From an uncultured Clostridia bacterium (lineage in GTDB: Bacteria; Bacillota; Clostridia; UBA1381): 64,000 nucleotides of DNA. Numbering within the stretch: position 1 is the first letter of the stretch; each line of letters starts with the position of its first letter. The position numbers were made by a program, and so were the translations under genes. The notes under the pieces were generated by a model, which was not told the origin of the DNA, ran no database searches, and saw nothing but the letters and a program-made list of their open reading frames with translations. The DNA lies in contig CANQKM010000007.1 of assembly GCA_947624485.1 (NCBI GenBank), forward strand, positions 64,760 to 128,759. Direction: 5' to 3'. Positions 26,329 to 35,564 of this stretch are shown piece by piece.

Positions 26329-26997
26329 ATGAAACGAATATTTAACATTTTACTCGCAGCCGTTATGTGCTTTGCATTTACCGCAACGCCCGCGCTTGCG
26401 GTGTCGCGCATAGGCTCGACGGGACAGGAGGTCTCGAACATTCAGACGAGACTGAAGCAGTGGGGCTATTACGACGGCAGCGTTGACGGTATTTACGGGC
26501 AGAAAACGGCTGACGCGGTGAAGGCTTTCCAGCGGAGCAACGGTCTTACCGCCGACGGTATAGCCGGCAGCGCGACACTCGAGAAAATCGGCTTGCCGTC
26601 AGGCTCGTCATCATCGTCGGGCAGCGGCAGCAATTCAAGCAGCAATTCGCGAGACGTGACGCTTTTGGCGCAGGCGATAAACGGTGAGGCGCGAGGTGAG
26701 AGCTACACCGGACAGGTGGCTGTCGGCGCGGTAATCTTAAACCGTGTAAGGCATTCGTCGTTCCCGAACACGATCGCCGGCGTAATATATCAGCCGGGCG
26801 CGTTCACGGCTGTGAGCGACGGACAGATCAACCTCACGCCGCAGACGTCGTGCTACAACGCCGCGCGCGACGCATTGAACGGCTGGGATCCGACGGGCGG
26901 CGCGATTTATTACTATAATCCCGTGACCGCCACGAACCAATGGATTCGCTCGCGCCCGATTATAATACAAATCGGCAAGCACGTGTTCTGTAAATAA
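26329..26997 (+). CDS. sleB: Spore cortex-lytic enzyme SleB-type (PG_binding_1 + Hydrolase_2 domains)
   Basis: GSTGQEV..IQ..L...GYY.G.VDGIYG..T..AVK.FQ..NGL..DG, followed by LLA.AINGEARGE.Y.GQVAVGAVILNRV....FPNTI. The second ATG was chosen for SD spacing; ATG 26323 is an alternative. Confidence 0.85.
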   Translation: MKRIFNILLAAVMCFAFTATPALAVSRIGSTGQEVSNIQTRLKQWGYYDGSVDGIYGQKTADAVKAFQRSNGLTADGIAGSATLEKIGLPSGSSSSSGSGSNSSSNSRDVTLLAQAINGEARGESYTGQVAVGAVILNRVRHSSFPNTIAGVIYQPGAFTAVSDGQINLTPQTSCYNAARDALNGWDPTGGAIYYYNPVTATNQWIRSRPIIIQIGKHVFCK

Positions 26998-27042
26998 TCC
27001 CCGTTCTGCGGCGGGGAAATATACATCGCAAAGGAGAAAAAC

Positions 27043-27174
27043 ATGAGACCGAAATATATTGTCCTCGCCGTATTGATTACGATTTTTATTATACTCGTTA
27101 TAATAGACGGCAAGCGTAAGGTGAAACGCCGCCATGAAGCAGCCGTGAAGCCGAAAGAGAATACGGATGAATGA
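27043..27174 (+). CDS. Micro-membrane protein (43 aa; below ORF-track cutoff)
   Basis: AAGGAGA SD lies 6 nt upstream. Hand translation is MRPKYIVLAVLITIFIILVIIDGKRKVKRRHEAAVKPKENTDE. A terminator follows. Confidence 0.4.
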   Translation: MRPKYIVLAVLITIFIILVIIDGKRKVKRRHEAAVKPKENTDE

Positions 27175-27184
27175 TAACGAAATA

Positions 27185-27213
27185 CCCCCCTCACACCGAG
27201 GGGGGCATTTTTA
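27185..27213. terminator. Bidirectional intrinsic terminator
   Basis: CCCCCCTC-ACACC-GAGGGGGG followed by CATTTTTA. Confidence 0.7.
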
Positions 27214-27232
27214 TATAGAGGAGCGTGTCCTC

Positions 27233-28381
27233 CTATTCCTCTATACTCCACATTACCGCATTCGACTCATCGGCGTAATTTACCGGCACGTCATGTATTC
27301 TCGCGTCGACCGCCTCAACGTCGTCAATCAAAAACGTTCCGTCCGGCTGCGGCGCCATTCTTATAAGCACGTCTCTTTCGGCGTAATCGTCGGAAATTTC
27401 CGCATCCACATATATGTTGCCGTCGGTGTACATATTTATCGCACGCACCGTTACAAGCTCCGCACGCGGCTCGTAGAACAGCATATCGTTGTTAAACTGA
27501 CTTTCCAAAAACTCTGCCGTACAGCATGCACGCGCCGCCGCAGCGTCACCGTTCGCAAACGCGTTGAAAAACCGTTCCGTAACTTCATAGCACGCCATTG
27601 TCATATCTTCATAGTTATCGTAAAGCGCGCGGCTTTCATAATCGTCTATCGCGGTCGGCTTCGTCCAATCGGTGTTTACCGTCACGGTCATGGTATTTTC
27701 GTCAAACGTCACCGCACCCTTATAGTATGTATCGCGCGCGCCGTCGTTCCACTTCACGTTGTTTGTGCCGCCTATGATGTTTGCAACGGCGCGTATCGGC
27801 AAATACGCACGCCCGTCGATAAGCGCGGGCGGCGTGAACGCGTAGCCGTTTGAATATTCCTTTGAGCCGATCTGACAGTATTCTGTTCTGCCCGCGGGCG
27901 ATACCATTTCGATTATCGGCATATTCGCATTCAGCCGCTCCGTCGCGCCGTACATATACTTATCCGTCTCGGTTTTTACAAGCTCCTCGCCCCACGCATA
28001 GCTCGGGAAGTCAACGCCGCCCATTCTGTCGGCGTACTTCGACTTGTCAACGTCGTAATGAACCGTGAAGCCGAGCGACTCGAACGTTTCGCGCAGCGGC
28101 ACGTAAAAGCTGTCGGTGTGCGTCGTCTTTTGACTTTCGATGTAGATTATGTCGATGCCCTGACTTTTGCCGTCAACAACCAGCGTGCCGTTTTTAATGT
28201 CAAGCCCGTCAATCGACGCGAACGCTATCGTCGCGAACATTGCCGCCGCCGTCAGCGCCATAGCCGCCGCGGCAGCCGTGCGGCGCGAGAACGTACCCGC
28301 GCCCGCGCGCATTTTCATGAACCGCGCCTGTAATTGCCGCGCCGACGCGCTCATGTGCGTTGTGTAAAATATTTTAAACAT
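27233..28381 (-). CDS. Membrane-anchored protein with copper-amine-oxidase-N-terminal-like (stalk) domain and NTF2-like C-terminal domain
   Basis: Start chosen at MFKIFYTTH (AGGAGG SD). A TM anchor is present. The stalk-domain motifs are DGRAYLPIRAVANIIGG and FYVPLRETFESLGFTV. Confidence 0.6.
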   Translation of the reverse strand: MFKIFYTTHMSASARQLQARFMKMRAGAGTFSRRTAAAAAMALTAAAMFATIAFASIDGLDIKNGTLVVDGKSQGIDIIYIESQKTTHTDSFYVPLRETFESLGFTVHYDVDKSKYADRMGGVDFPSYAWGEELVKTETDKYMYGATERLNANMPIIEMVSPAGRTEYCQIGSKEYSNGYAFTPPALIDGRAYLPIRAVANIIGGTNNVKWNDGARDTYYKGAVTFDENTMTVTVNTDWTKPTAIDDYESRALYDNYEDMTMACYEVTERFFNAFANGDAAAARACCTAEFLESQFNNDMLFYEPRAELVTVRAINMYTDGNIYVDAEISDDYAERDVLIRMAPQPDGTFLIDDVEAVDARIHDVPVNYADESNAVMWSIEE

Positions 28382-28428
28382 TGCGTGTTTCCTCCTTTTA
28401 TCCCTTGTCGTTTGGGGTGCGGCATAAG

Positions 28429-28542
28429 CCTCCCTTGTCAAAGGGAGGGGGACCGCCGAAGGCGGTGGAGGGATTCATTATGAAAATTAAAAAGGAATCC
28501 CCCAGTCACGCTACGCGTGACAGCCCCCTTTGACAAGGGGGC
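28429..28542. repeat. Diverged member of the multi-hairpin repeat family, copy D
   Basis: Five consecutive hairpins are present. They are CCTCCCTT-GTCA-AAGGGAGG, ACCGCC-GAA-GGCGGT, GGGATTC...GAATCCC, GTCACGC-TA-GCGTGAC and GCCCCCTT-TGAC-AAGGGGGC. Confidence 0.65.
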
Positions 28543-28584
28543 CTTTCATACGGGCACCCTCGACAGCCCGCCTGCACTCCCCAA

Positions 28585-29424
28585 TTATCTACCCTTTTCC
28601 AGCATATTCAAAATCGTTTCCATATACATCCGCCGATGCGCGTCGTCCATGCCGTCAATCACAGCCATGTCGCACGCGACCTCGCACGCCTCGTTAATAT
28701 TCGCGGTCAAAAGGTACGCCAGCGGATTGAACCAGTGCGCCGCGTTCACAAACATCATGAACCATTTAATCAGCAAATCCCCGTGCCTGTAATGCGTAAG
28801 CTCGTGGCGGAACACCATTTCCTCAGCGTCGGCGTCCATACCCCCGTCGGGTATGTAGACGACCGGAAACAGCGTCCCGACAAGCATCGGCGACCGCGCG
28901 CCGTGCAAGATACGCACACGTATTTTACGACGTATTCCGAGTTCCTTTTTCACGCGCTCAAAGCTTTCCCTTTTATCCAAATCTACGCTCGCGCGGCGTT
29001 TTCTTATCAGGAACACCGCATAGCTTAAAACCGACGACGCCGCGAACACGCACGCGCCGCCGAGCCACACGTACGCGGCAAGGTCGTAAAGGCGCACGCT
29101 TCTCCCCTGCGGCAGCGCGACCTCGCGGTACTCCATCGGCGTGTCCTCTATCACTACCGTTTTCGGGTCAAAATCCGCGTTCGGCGCTGTGTTTTCCGTC
29201 TGTGCTTCATGCGGAACATTCTGCGGCGCAATACGCTCAATACTTTGTCTCGGCACAAGCCGCCAGAACGGCAAAAGCATTACGACAGCCGCGACTATCC
29301 ACAAATTCCGCTGCCACATCGCGGGGAATTTCCGCAGCGCGAGCGGCTTTAGGGCGAGCAAAATAAGCGTTGCCGAGGCGCCCGCCGCACTCAAAAGCAG
29401 CACCGTCTTAAAAATTTCAAACAT
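28585..29424 (-). CDS. M56-family (BlaR1-like) membrane metalloprotease lacking any sensor domain
   Basis: 279 aa. The HELTH zinc motif is FRHELTHYRHGDLLIKW. The protein ends shortly after the protease core. Confidence 0.8.
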   Translation of the reverse strand: MFEIFKTVLLLSAAGASATLILLALKPLALRKFPAMWQRNLWIVAAVVMLLPFWRLVPRQSIERIAPQNVPHEAQTENTAPNADFDPKTVVIEDTPMEYREVALPQGRSVRLYDLAAYVWLGGACVFAASSVLSYAVFLIRKRRASVDLDKRESFERVKKELGIRRKIRVRILHGARSPMLVGTLFPVVYIPDGGMDADAEEMVFRHELTHYRHGDLLIKWFMMFVNAAHWFNPLAYLLTANINEACEVACDMAVIDGMDDAHRRMYMETILNMLEKGR

Positions 29425-29433
29425 ACATTTCTC

Positions 29434-29811
29434 CTACTCGTCGTCCTTGCCGTCGATTATCTTCCGCAGATTTTCAATTTCATCACTCGAAATTTCGCGG
29501 CTTTCAAACAGCGACGCGACAAGATTGCCGACCGAGCCGTTATAAAGCTTCGACAAAAACGATTTCGTTTCGCTCATGCTGTAGTCCTTCTTATCCAGCA
29601 CCGCGTAGTATAAATTCGACTTGCCCTTTCTCTCGTATGACACGACTCCCTTTTCGCAAAGGCGGACAAGCAGGGTACCCACTGTGTTCCTCGTCCACTT
29701 GTTATCGGAGGAGAGCGATTTTAAGATTTCACCGAGCGGGAGCGGAGCGTCCGCCTCCCACAGGATTTTCATCACCTCGTATTCCGATTCGGTAACGGTT
29801 TGCCTTGCCAT
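29434..29811 (-). CDS. BlaI/MecI/CopY-family transcriptional repressor
   Basis: 125 aa. EYEVMKILWE...L.L.EIL..L......W..NTVGTLLVRLCEKGVV. Confidence 0.85.
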   Translation of the reverse strand: MARQTVTESEYEVMKILWEADAPLPLGEILKSLSSDNKWTRNTVGTLLVRLCEKGVVSYERKGKSNLYYAVLDKKDYSMSETKSFLSKLYNGSVGNLVASLFESREISSDEIENLRKIIDGKDDE

Positions 29812-29835
29812 AATATCACCTCCCGTTTTAAGACT

Positions 29836-29884
29836 ACCACTGTGGTCATAATTTTATTATACGCCTACATTTGTGGTCTGTCAA
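29836..29884 (-). promoter_or_regulatory. Consensus promoter with candidate BlaI operators
   Basis: Minus strand reads TTGACA (29884-29879), 17 nt, TATAAT (29861-29856). The palindrome ACCAC-T-GTGGT (29836-29846) lies just downstream of the -10. TGTGGTC is repeated at 29841-29847 and 29872-29878. Confidence 0.6.
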
Positions 29885-29922
29885 GTATTTTGTCAAAATT
29901 TTTTCTCGTTCATATTGATGTA

Positions 29923-29951
29923 TTGATTTTTGGACAAAAATGAAATATAAT
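29923..29951 (+). promoter_or_regulatory. Promoter of the PL11-like gene
   Basis: TTGATT, 17-nt spacer, TATAAT. Confidence 0.55.
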
Positions 29952-29999
29952 ATAAGTTAGGTTAAAAACGGATCGAATAAATTAAGAAAGGATGATATT

Positions 30000-32900
30000 A
30001 TGAACAAAAAATTTACCGCGTTTCTCGCGGCTGCGGCAATCGCGGCATCGTGCACGCCGGCGTTCGCGCAGTACGAGCAGTACACAGGCGCGGAAGCCGA
30101 CGGTATGACGCTCGGTCACTACACCGACGAGTTTAAGGCTGCCGACAGAGAAGAGACCGAAAAGCTATACGAGAGCCGTCCGAAGAACGAGAGACGGTTC
30201 GAGTACCTGACGCGCGGACTTACCGCCGTTCCGGGTGAGGGCGGAACGCTCGTAAGCTGGCGTTTCCTCGGCACGGATTCCGACAGTCTTTGCTACAACC
30301 TCTACAGAAACGGTGAAAAGCTCAATAACGAACCGTTAAACGCGTCGAGCTACTTCGACATCGGCGCTCCAGCAGGCGCGAAGTACGAGCTTCGCGAGGT
30401 CGCAGACGGCGCGGAAAACGGCGTTACGACGGAAACGACCACATGGGATAAGAATTACATATCCTTTAAGGTCGAGGAACGCGCCGACTACAATATCGAC
30501 GACGGCTCGGTTGCCGACCTTGACGGCGACGGCGAGTTTGAGATCATTCTCCGCCGTATCCCGAGTATGGACACGACAAAGGAGCGCACCGACTATCCGC
30601 TCATCGAGGCTTACGACACCGACGGCACGCATATGTGGACGATAGACATAGGCCCGAACGAAATCAATGAGCATGACATAAACGTCATGGCGTACGATTT
30701 TAACGGCGACGGCAAGTCCGAGGTCGTTATGCGTTCATTTGAAGGCACGATCGACGGTGCGGGCAGCGAGATCGGCGACACTAACGGCGACAAGATAACC
30801 GATTACACAAAAAATCCGAGCAACCTCGCGATTTTCCAGGACAGACAGTACGTAGTTTCAACGCCGGAATTTCTGTCGGTATACGACGGCGAGACGGGCG
30901 CGGAGCTTGACAGAACCGACCTGCTGCCCGTAAAAGAGCCGCTTTCGGAGTGGTCGTACAACTACACCGACACCGGCAGACTTACAAAACGCGCGAGCCA
31001 TTACCTGTTCGGTCTCGCATACCTTGACGGGGTTACGCCGAGCGTCGTAATAGTGCGCGGCGCGTGGGATAACGTGCGCGCGGCGGCGTGGCACCTCGAC
31101 GAGAACGGTAAGTTCGTCGTTGACTGGCAGTGCCTCACGCCCAACAAAGCCGACGACGACAGTATATGGGGCGCGTGGAACCACAATATGGCGGTTGCCG
31201 ATGTTGATTTTGACGGTAAGGACGAGATTTTGTCGGGCCCTGCCGCGATAGATCACGACGGCACGCAGATGTACGCGACAAAGGCTTACGACAACGACGG
31301 CAAGGCGCAGAAGCTGCTTCACGGCGACGCGTTCGACGTTGCGAAGATGGATCCCGATTTTGACGGCTACCTCGTTTGGGCGTGCCACGAGAACCATCCG
31401 CTTATGGCGAACACCGATCTGCACGACGCGCGTACCGGTCAGGTCGCGTGGGGTTACGGCAAGAACAAGGACACAGGCAGAAGCCGCGCCGGCGACATAG
31501 ATCCGACGCACAAGGGCTACGAGGTATGGGCGTCGACGGCGCAGAACCCGTCAACCTTCAATGACGAGAGAATAACCGACAGCGTGTGGAACGAAATTTC
31601 GTTCAGAAATCCCGACGGCTCGGAGGCGGCGGTAAATTGTCTGCCGGTTAACTTCAAGGTTTACTGGGACGGTGATTTACTGAGCGAGTTCCTCGACGAC
31701 ATTTCCGTTTCAAAGTGGAACTGGGAGGACAAGACGGTAGATATTCTCATGACAGCCGACGGCTGCGCGTCAAACAGCGGCACAAAAGCAGTGCCGTGTG
31801 CGGCGGCGGATATTTTCGGCGACTGGCGCGACGAGATTATCTTCAAGACAAAGGACGAAAAAGAGATAAGAATTTACTCGACGGCTATTCCCACGTCATA
31901 TAAAATCCCGACGCTTATGCATGATTCCTTCTACAGAGCGTCGATCGCGATGCAGAACAACCACTATAACCAGCCCGCGAACGTTAGCTACTACCTCGGC
32001 GCGGAAACGACGGAGGTTCCTGTATTCGAGGGCTACGTTATGAAGGACGGCGAAAAGCTTACAAATCCCGATTTGACGGGTACGCATCAGACATACAAAA
32101 TAAACAGCACTCAGCCGAGTACGTTCAGCATGAAGCTGCTCGCCGACAGTCCGAACGCCATTGTCGGCAACGACATTGTTAAGATAGATTCCGAGGACGA
32201 TAAGGTCGTGCCGACGATAATTGACGGCAGAACGCTTGTACCTGTGCGCTTTATCGCGGAAAACCTCGGTATGACCGTTGACTGGAACGGCGGCACTCGC
32301 GAGGTAAGCTTCGCGGGCAACGGCTACAGCGTAAAGATGACGCTCGACAAGGCGGAATACACGGTAAACGACAAGCCGTACACGCTCGACGTTCCTGCAG
32401 CTTCGATAAACGACAGGACGATGATTCCGCTGCGCGCAATGGCTGAAGCGGTCGGTATGCAGGTCGAGTGGGACAGCGACAGAAAGCTCATATATCTCGG
32501 CAAGCACGCGTTCTACGACAAGGACGAGTCCGACAGGTATGTTGAGGGTATGAAAACAGGCGTGATCCCCACTCCCGCACCCGTGGCGACGCCCGAACCC
32601 ACCACCGATCCGTCGCTTACGGCGGAGCATACGGAGTACACCGACGACGCGGGCAACACATGGAACATCTACGTTGACGAGGATTTTGAAAGCTGCAGCG
32701 CCGGTGACGCGGCTGGCTGGGCAGGCACAAAGCCCGCTCCGCTTGACAGCATAGGAGTACTGAGCAGCGGCGGCAGCAAGGTCATGGGCATATCCGGCTC
32801 GTCGAAGGGTAACAGGAACGCCGTATACACCGCTCCGTTCGCGATGAAGGACAACGCGCTTATCGAATTTGACTGGATGCCCGGCGAGTGTACCGGCGGA

Positions 32901-33266
32901 ACGTCTTACGGCGAAATCCGTCTTGCGGACGACAGCGGAAAGGTATTCCTCGGTATACGGACGGTTGTCGGCACGGGACTTGAATATTCGACGGGCGGCT
33001 CGATCTCAAACGGCGGACTTGAAACCGAAGGCTGGAAGAGCGCGGGCGTAACGGCTCTTGACAAGGCGTGTCACGTCAGCGTTACAGCCGATTTCGCGGC
33101 GAAGAAGTGTACGCTCTCAATCAACGGCAAGAAGGTCGGCGATATGGAATTCTTTAACGCCGAAAACTTCGGAGCGATAGAGGTTCTCGCGGTAAGACAG
33201 GAAAAGAACTTCACATGGGCGACCGAAATCGACAATCTGAAAATCGGAATGCTTAAAAAACAGTAA
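30000..33266 (+). CDS. Secreted rhamnogalacturonan lyase-like protein (PL11 / YesW-type beta-propeller) with stalk-domain repeats and extra C-terminal domain
   Basis: Signal peptide present. It has repeated Ca-binding FG-GAP-like loops DLDGDGEFEI, YDFNGDGKSEV and ADVDFDGKDEI, as in YesW/YesX. Copper-amine-oxidase-N-like repeats follow (DGRTLVPVRFIAENLGM, NDRTMIPLRAMAEAVGM). Confidence 0.65.
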   Translation: MNKKFTAFLAAAAIAASCTPAFAQYEQYTGAEADGMTLGHYTDEFKAADREETEKLYESRPKNERRFEYLTRGLTAVPGEGGTLVSWRFLGTDSDSLCYNLYRNGEKLNNEPLNASSYFDIGAPAGAKYELREVADGAENGVTTETTTWDKNYISFKVEERADYNIDDGSVADLDGDGEFEIILRRIPSMDTTKERTDYPLIEAYDTDGTHMWTIDIGPNEINEHDINVMAYDFNGDGKSEVVMRSFEGTIDGAGSEIGDTNGDKITDYTKNPSNLAIFQDRQYVVSTPEFLSVYDGETGAELDRTDLLPVKEPLSEWSYNYTDTGRLTKRASHYLFGLAYLDGVTPSVVIVRGAWDNVRAAAWHLDENGKFVVDWQCLTPNKADDDSIWGAWNHNMAVADVDFDGKDEILSGPAAIDHDGTQMYATKAYDNDGKAQKLLHGDAFDVAKMDPDFDGYLVWACHENHPLMANTDLHDARTGQVAWGYGKNKDTGRSRAGDIDPTHKGYEVWASTAQNPSTFNDERITDSVWNEISFRNPDGSEAAVNCLPVNFKVYWDGDLLSEFLDDISVSKWNWEDKTVDILMTADGCASNSGTKAVPCAAADIFGDWRDEIIFKTKDEKEIRIYSTAIPTSYKIPTLMHDSFYRASIAMQNNHYNQPANVSYYLGAETTEVPVFEGYVMKDGEKLTNPDLTGTHQTYKINSTQPSTFSMKLLADSPNAIVGNDIVKIDSEDDKVVPTIIDGRTLVPVRFIAENLGMTVDWNGGTREVSFAGNGYSVKMTLDKAEYTVNDKPYTLDVPAASINDRTMIPLRAMAEAVGMQVEWDSDRKLIYLGKHAFYDKDESDRYVEGMKTGVIPTPAPVATPEPTTDPSLTAEHTEYTDDAGNTWNIYVDEDFESCSAGDAAGWAGTKPAPLDSIGVLSSGGSKVMGISGSSKGNRNAVYTAPFAMKDNALIEFDWMPGECTGGTSYGEIRLADDSGKVFLGIRTVVGTGLEYSTGGSISNGGLETEGWKSAGVTALDKACHVSVTADFAAKKCTLSINGKKVGDMEFFNAENFGAIEVLAVRQEKNFTWATEIDNLKIGMLKKQ

Positions 33267-33346
33267 AATTACGACAAAACTCTTGCACTTTTGCGCGATA
33301 CACTATATAATGTAGCATGAGTAATATTCAGAAAGGAAACACAAGT

Positions 33347-34588
33347 ATGGAAAAATACGAAAAGTTAAAGTCGTTTGACCAAGAGGTTTACGCGGCTATC
33401 CAGGACGAGACAAACCGTCAGAACAATAAAATCGAGCTTATCGCGTCGGAAAACTTTGTTTCGGAGCGTATCATGGAGGCTAACGGCTCGCCGCTCACAA
33501 ACAAGTACGCGGAGGGTTACCCCGGCAAGCGTTACTACGGCGGCTGCGAGTATGTTGACGTTGTCGAGACGCTCGCGATAGAGAGAGCGAAAAAGCTGTT
33601 TAACGCCGGTTACGCGAACGTGCAGGCGCACAGCGGCGCGCAGGCTAATATGGCTGTGTTCTTTGCGCTGCTTACGCCCGGAGACACGGTTCTTTCGATG
33701 AGCCTCGCGCACGGCGGTCATTTGAGCCACGGCTCGCCGGTAAATATGTCGGGTAAGTATTTTAACATTGTCCCCTACGGCGTTACCGAGGACACGAACA
33801 CGATAGACTACGACGAAGTTCGTAAGCTTGCTTTAGAGCATAAGCCGAAGCTTATTCTCGCCGGCGCAAGCGCGTACCCGAGAGTTATCGACTTTGAGAA
33901 GTTTGCCGAAATCGCGAAGGAGGTCGGCGCGTATTTCATGGTTGATATGGCGCATATTGCAGGTCTTGTCGCGGCAGGCGAGCATCCCTCGCCTATGCCG
34001 TACGCGGACGTCGTTACGACGACCACGCACAAGACGCTGCGCGGCCCGAGAGGCGGTCTTATCCTCACGAACGACGAGGAGCTTGCGAAGAAAATCAACA
34101 AGGCTATATTCCCCGGTATTCAGGGCGGCCCCCTGATGCACACGATCGCGGCAAAGGCGGTTTGCTTTAAGGAGGCGCTCGAGCCGAGCTTCAGGGAGTA
34201 TGCGAAGCAGGTCGTAAAGAACGCGGCTGTTCTCGCCAAGACGCTTCAGGACGAGGGCTTTAAGCTTGTTTCGGGCGGTACGGACAACCACCTCATGCTC
34301 TTAGACCTCACCGACACCGGCGTTACCGGCAAGGACGCGGAGCATATGCTCGACGAGGTCGGCATTACCGTCAACAAAAACGCTATCCCGTTCGACACGA
34401 AAAGCCCGTTCATCACGAGCGGCCTTAGAATCGGTACTCCCGCTTCAACGTCGCGCGGCTTTAAGGAGGACGATATGGTTGAGATAGGTAAGCTTATCGC
34501 CATGACAATAAAGGACTTCGAGGGTACAAAGGACGAGGTACGTGCAAGAGTTAAGGCTCTCTGCGATAAATATCCGCTGTATAAGTAA
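33347..34588 (+). CDS. glyA: Serine hydroxymethyltransferase
   Basis: Start chosen at [11 protein letters not shown]. Motifs seen are [26 protein letters not shown] and the PLP site [14 protein letters not shown]. Confidence 0.95.
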   Translation: MEKYEKLKSFDQEVYAAIQDETNRQNNKIELIASENFVSERIMEANGSPLTNKYAEGYPGKRYYGGCEYVDVVETLAIERAKKLFNAGYANVQAHSGAQANMAVFFALLTPGDTVLSMSLAHGGHLSHGSPVNMSGKYFNIVPYGVTEDTNTIDYDEVRKLALEHKPKLILAGASAYPRVIDFEKFAEIAKEVGAYFMVDMAHIAGLVAAGEHPSPMPYADVVTTTTHKTLRGPRGGLILTNDEELAKKINKAIFPGIQGGPLMHTIAAKAVCFKEALEPSFREYAKQVVKNAAVLAKTLQDEGFKLVSGGTDNHLMLLDLTDTGVTGKDAEHMLDEVGITVNKNAIPFDTKSPFITSGLRIGTPASTSRGFKEDDMVEIGKLIAMTIKDFEGTKDEVRARVKALCDKYPLYK

Positions 34589-34604
34589 TTTACGTAAAAT
34601 TTAA

Positions 34605-34652
34605 GGGCTGCCGTCGGCGAGCATTGAATGTTCATCGGCGGCAGCCCTTTTT
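34605..34652. terminator. Bidirectional intrinsic terminator
   Basis: GGGCTGCC...GGCAGCCC stem followed by TTTTT. It overlaps the stop of the convergent regulator gene. Confidence 0.75.
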
Positions 34653-35451
34653 ATTCTCCCTTTATCCGTTGCAGTTCCCTTTCAAAAAAATCGGCATAAT
34701 TTGAAAAATTCCGTATTTTTTCTTCTCCGTCCATAGCCGCGATAAGAGCGAGAGCGTGTTCAATTTCGGCGTCGGCATCGGCGGAGTTTCCTTCGTCTTT
34801 GTAACATTCCGCTACTTTTTGCATCATCTGTAACAGCGTTTCAAACGACAGCCATTTCTGCTTTTCCGCCGCCGTAAATTTCACCTTGCCGGACAGCGTA
34901 AATGCCATCTCCGACAGCTTTGAAAAATATATTTCGGGAATTTGCTCCAACGCCTTTACCGCGCTGTCCGTATCGCCCTTTGCTCTGTATGCGTACGCCA
35001 AGAACCTCAGCGCGTCATAGCGAATATCGCTTTCGGTTGTTTTGTCGATAAGCCGGCTTGCTGTGCGTATGGTTTCATCGGGATTTTTTGAGTAATCGAG
35101 CACATACAGCAGATTGTTCAAAAGTACATCGTTGTCGGGATATTTTTGTAACCCTTCCTCCAATATACGCCGTCCTTCTTTTGGATTGCTTTCACGCAGC
35201 TTCGCCGCTTCGTCAACATATCGCTCTATTTCCTCACGCATTTCCGTCAGATTGTATGCGAAAAGCTCGTCGGTTGTTACTCCGAAAATCCGCGCGAGTG
35301 TCGGTACAAGCGAAATATCCGGCAAAGCGATATTGTTTTCCCACTTGCTGACCGCTTGAAACGAAATTCCTATCAACTCCGCCAACTGTTCCTGCGTCAT
35401 GCCGCTTGCTTTACGCAATTCGCGGATTATGTTTCCTATTTGTAATTCCAT
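34651..35451 (-). CDS. XRE-family HTH regulator with C-terminal TPR-like helical repeats (RNPP-like architecture)
   Basis: 266 aa. The HTH_3 motif is IRELRKASGMTQEQLAELIGISFQAVSKWENNIALPD. The C-terminus is all-helical with TPR-type A/Y/L periodicity. Confidence 0.75.
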   Translation of the reverse strand: MELQIGNIIRELRKASGMTQEQLAELIGISFQAVSKWENNIALPDISLVPTLARIFGVTTDELFAYNLTEMREEIERYVDEAAKLRESNPKEGRRILEEGLQKYPDNDVLLNNLLYVLDYSKNPDETIRTASRLIDKTTESDIRYDALRFLAYAYRAKGDTDSAVKALEQIPEIYFSKLSEMAFTLSGKVKFTAAEKQKWLSFETLLQMMQKVAECYKDEGNSADADAEIEHALALIAAMDGEEKIRNFSNYADFFERELQRIKGE

Positions 35452-35494
35452 AAAATCACCTCATTAATTTTAGTAAAAGCGCTTTTCTGAAATT

Positions 35495-35523
35495 ATTATA
35501 TCCGTTCACGCCATATGCGTCAA
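35495..35523 (-). promoter_or_regulatory. Promoter of the downstream XRE-TPR gene
   Basis: Minus strand reads TTGACG, 17 nt, TATAAT. Confidence 0.55.
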
Positions 35524-35544
35524 TAACCGCGTAAACGAGCGTTT

Positions 35545-35559
35545 TCAACCGGCGGTTGA
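35545..35559. promoter_or_regulatory. 15-bp palindrome TCAACCGGCGGTTGA (candidate regulator binding site), copy 1
   Basis: Identical to 36758-36772. It is centred about 64 nt upstream of the predicted transcription start of the adjacent gene. Confidence 0.5.
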
Positions 35560-35564
35560 GGATT

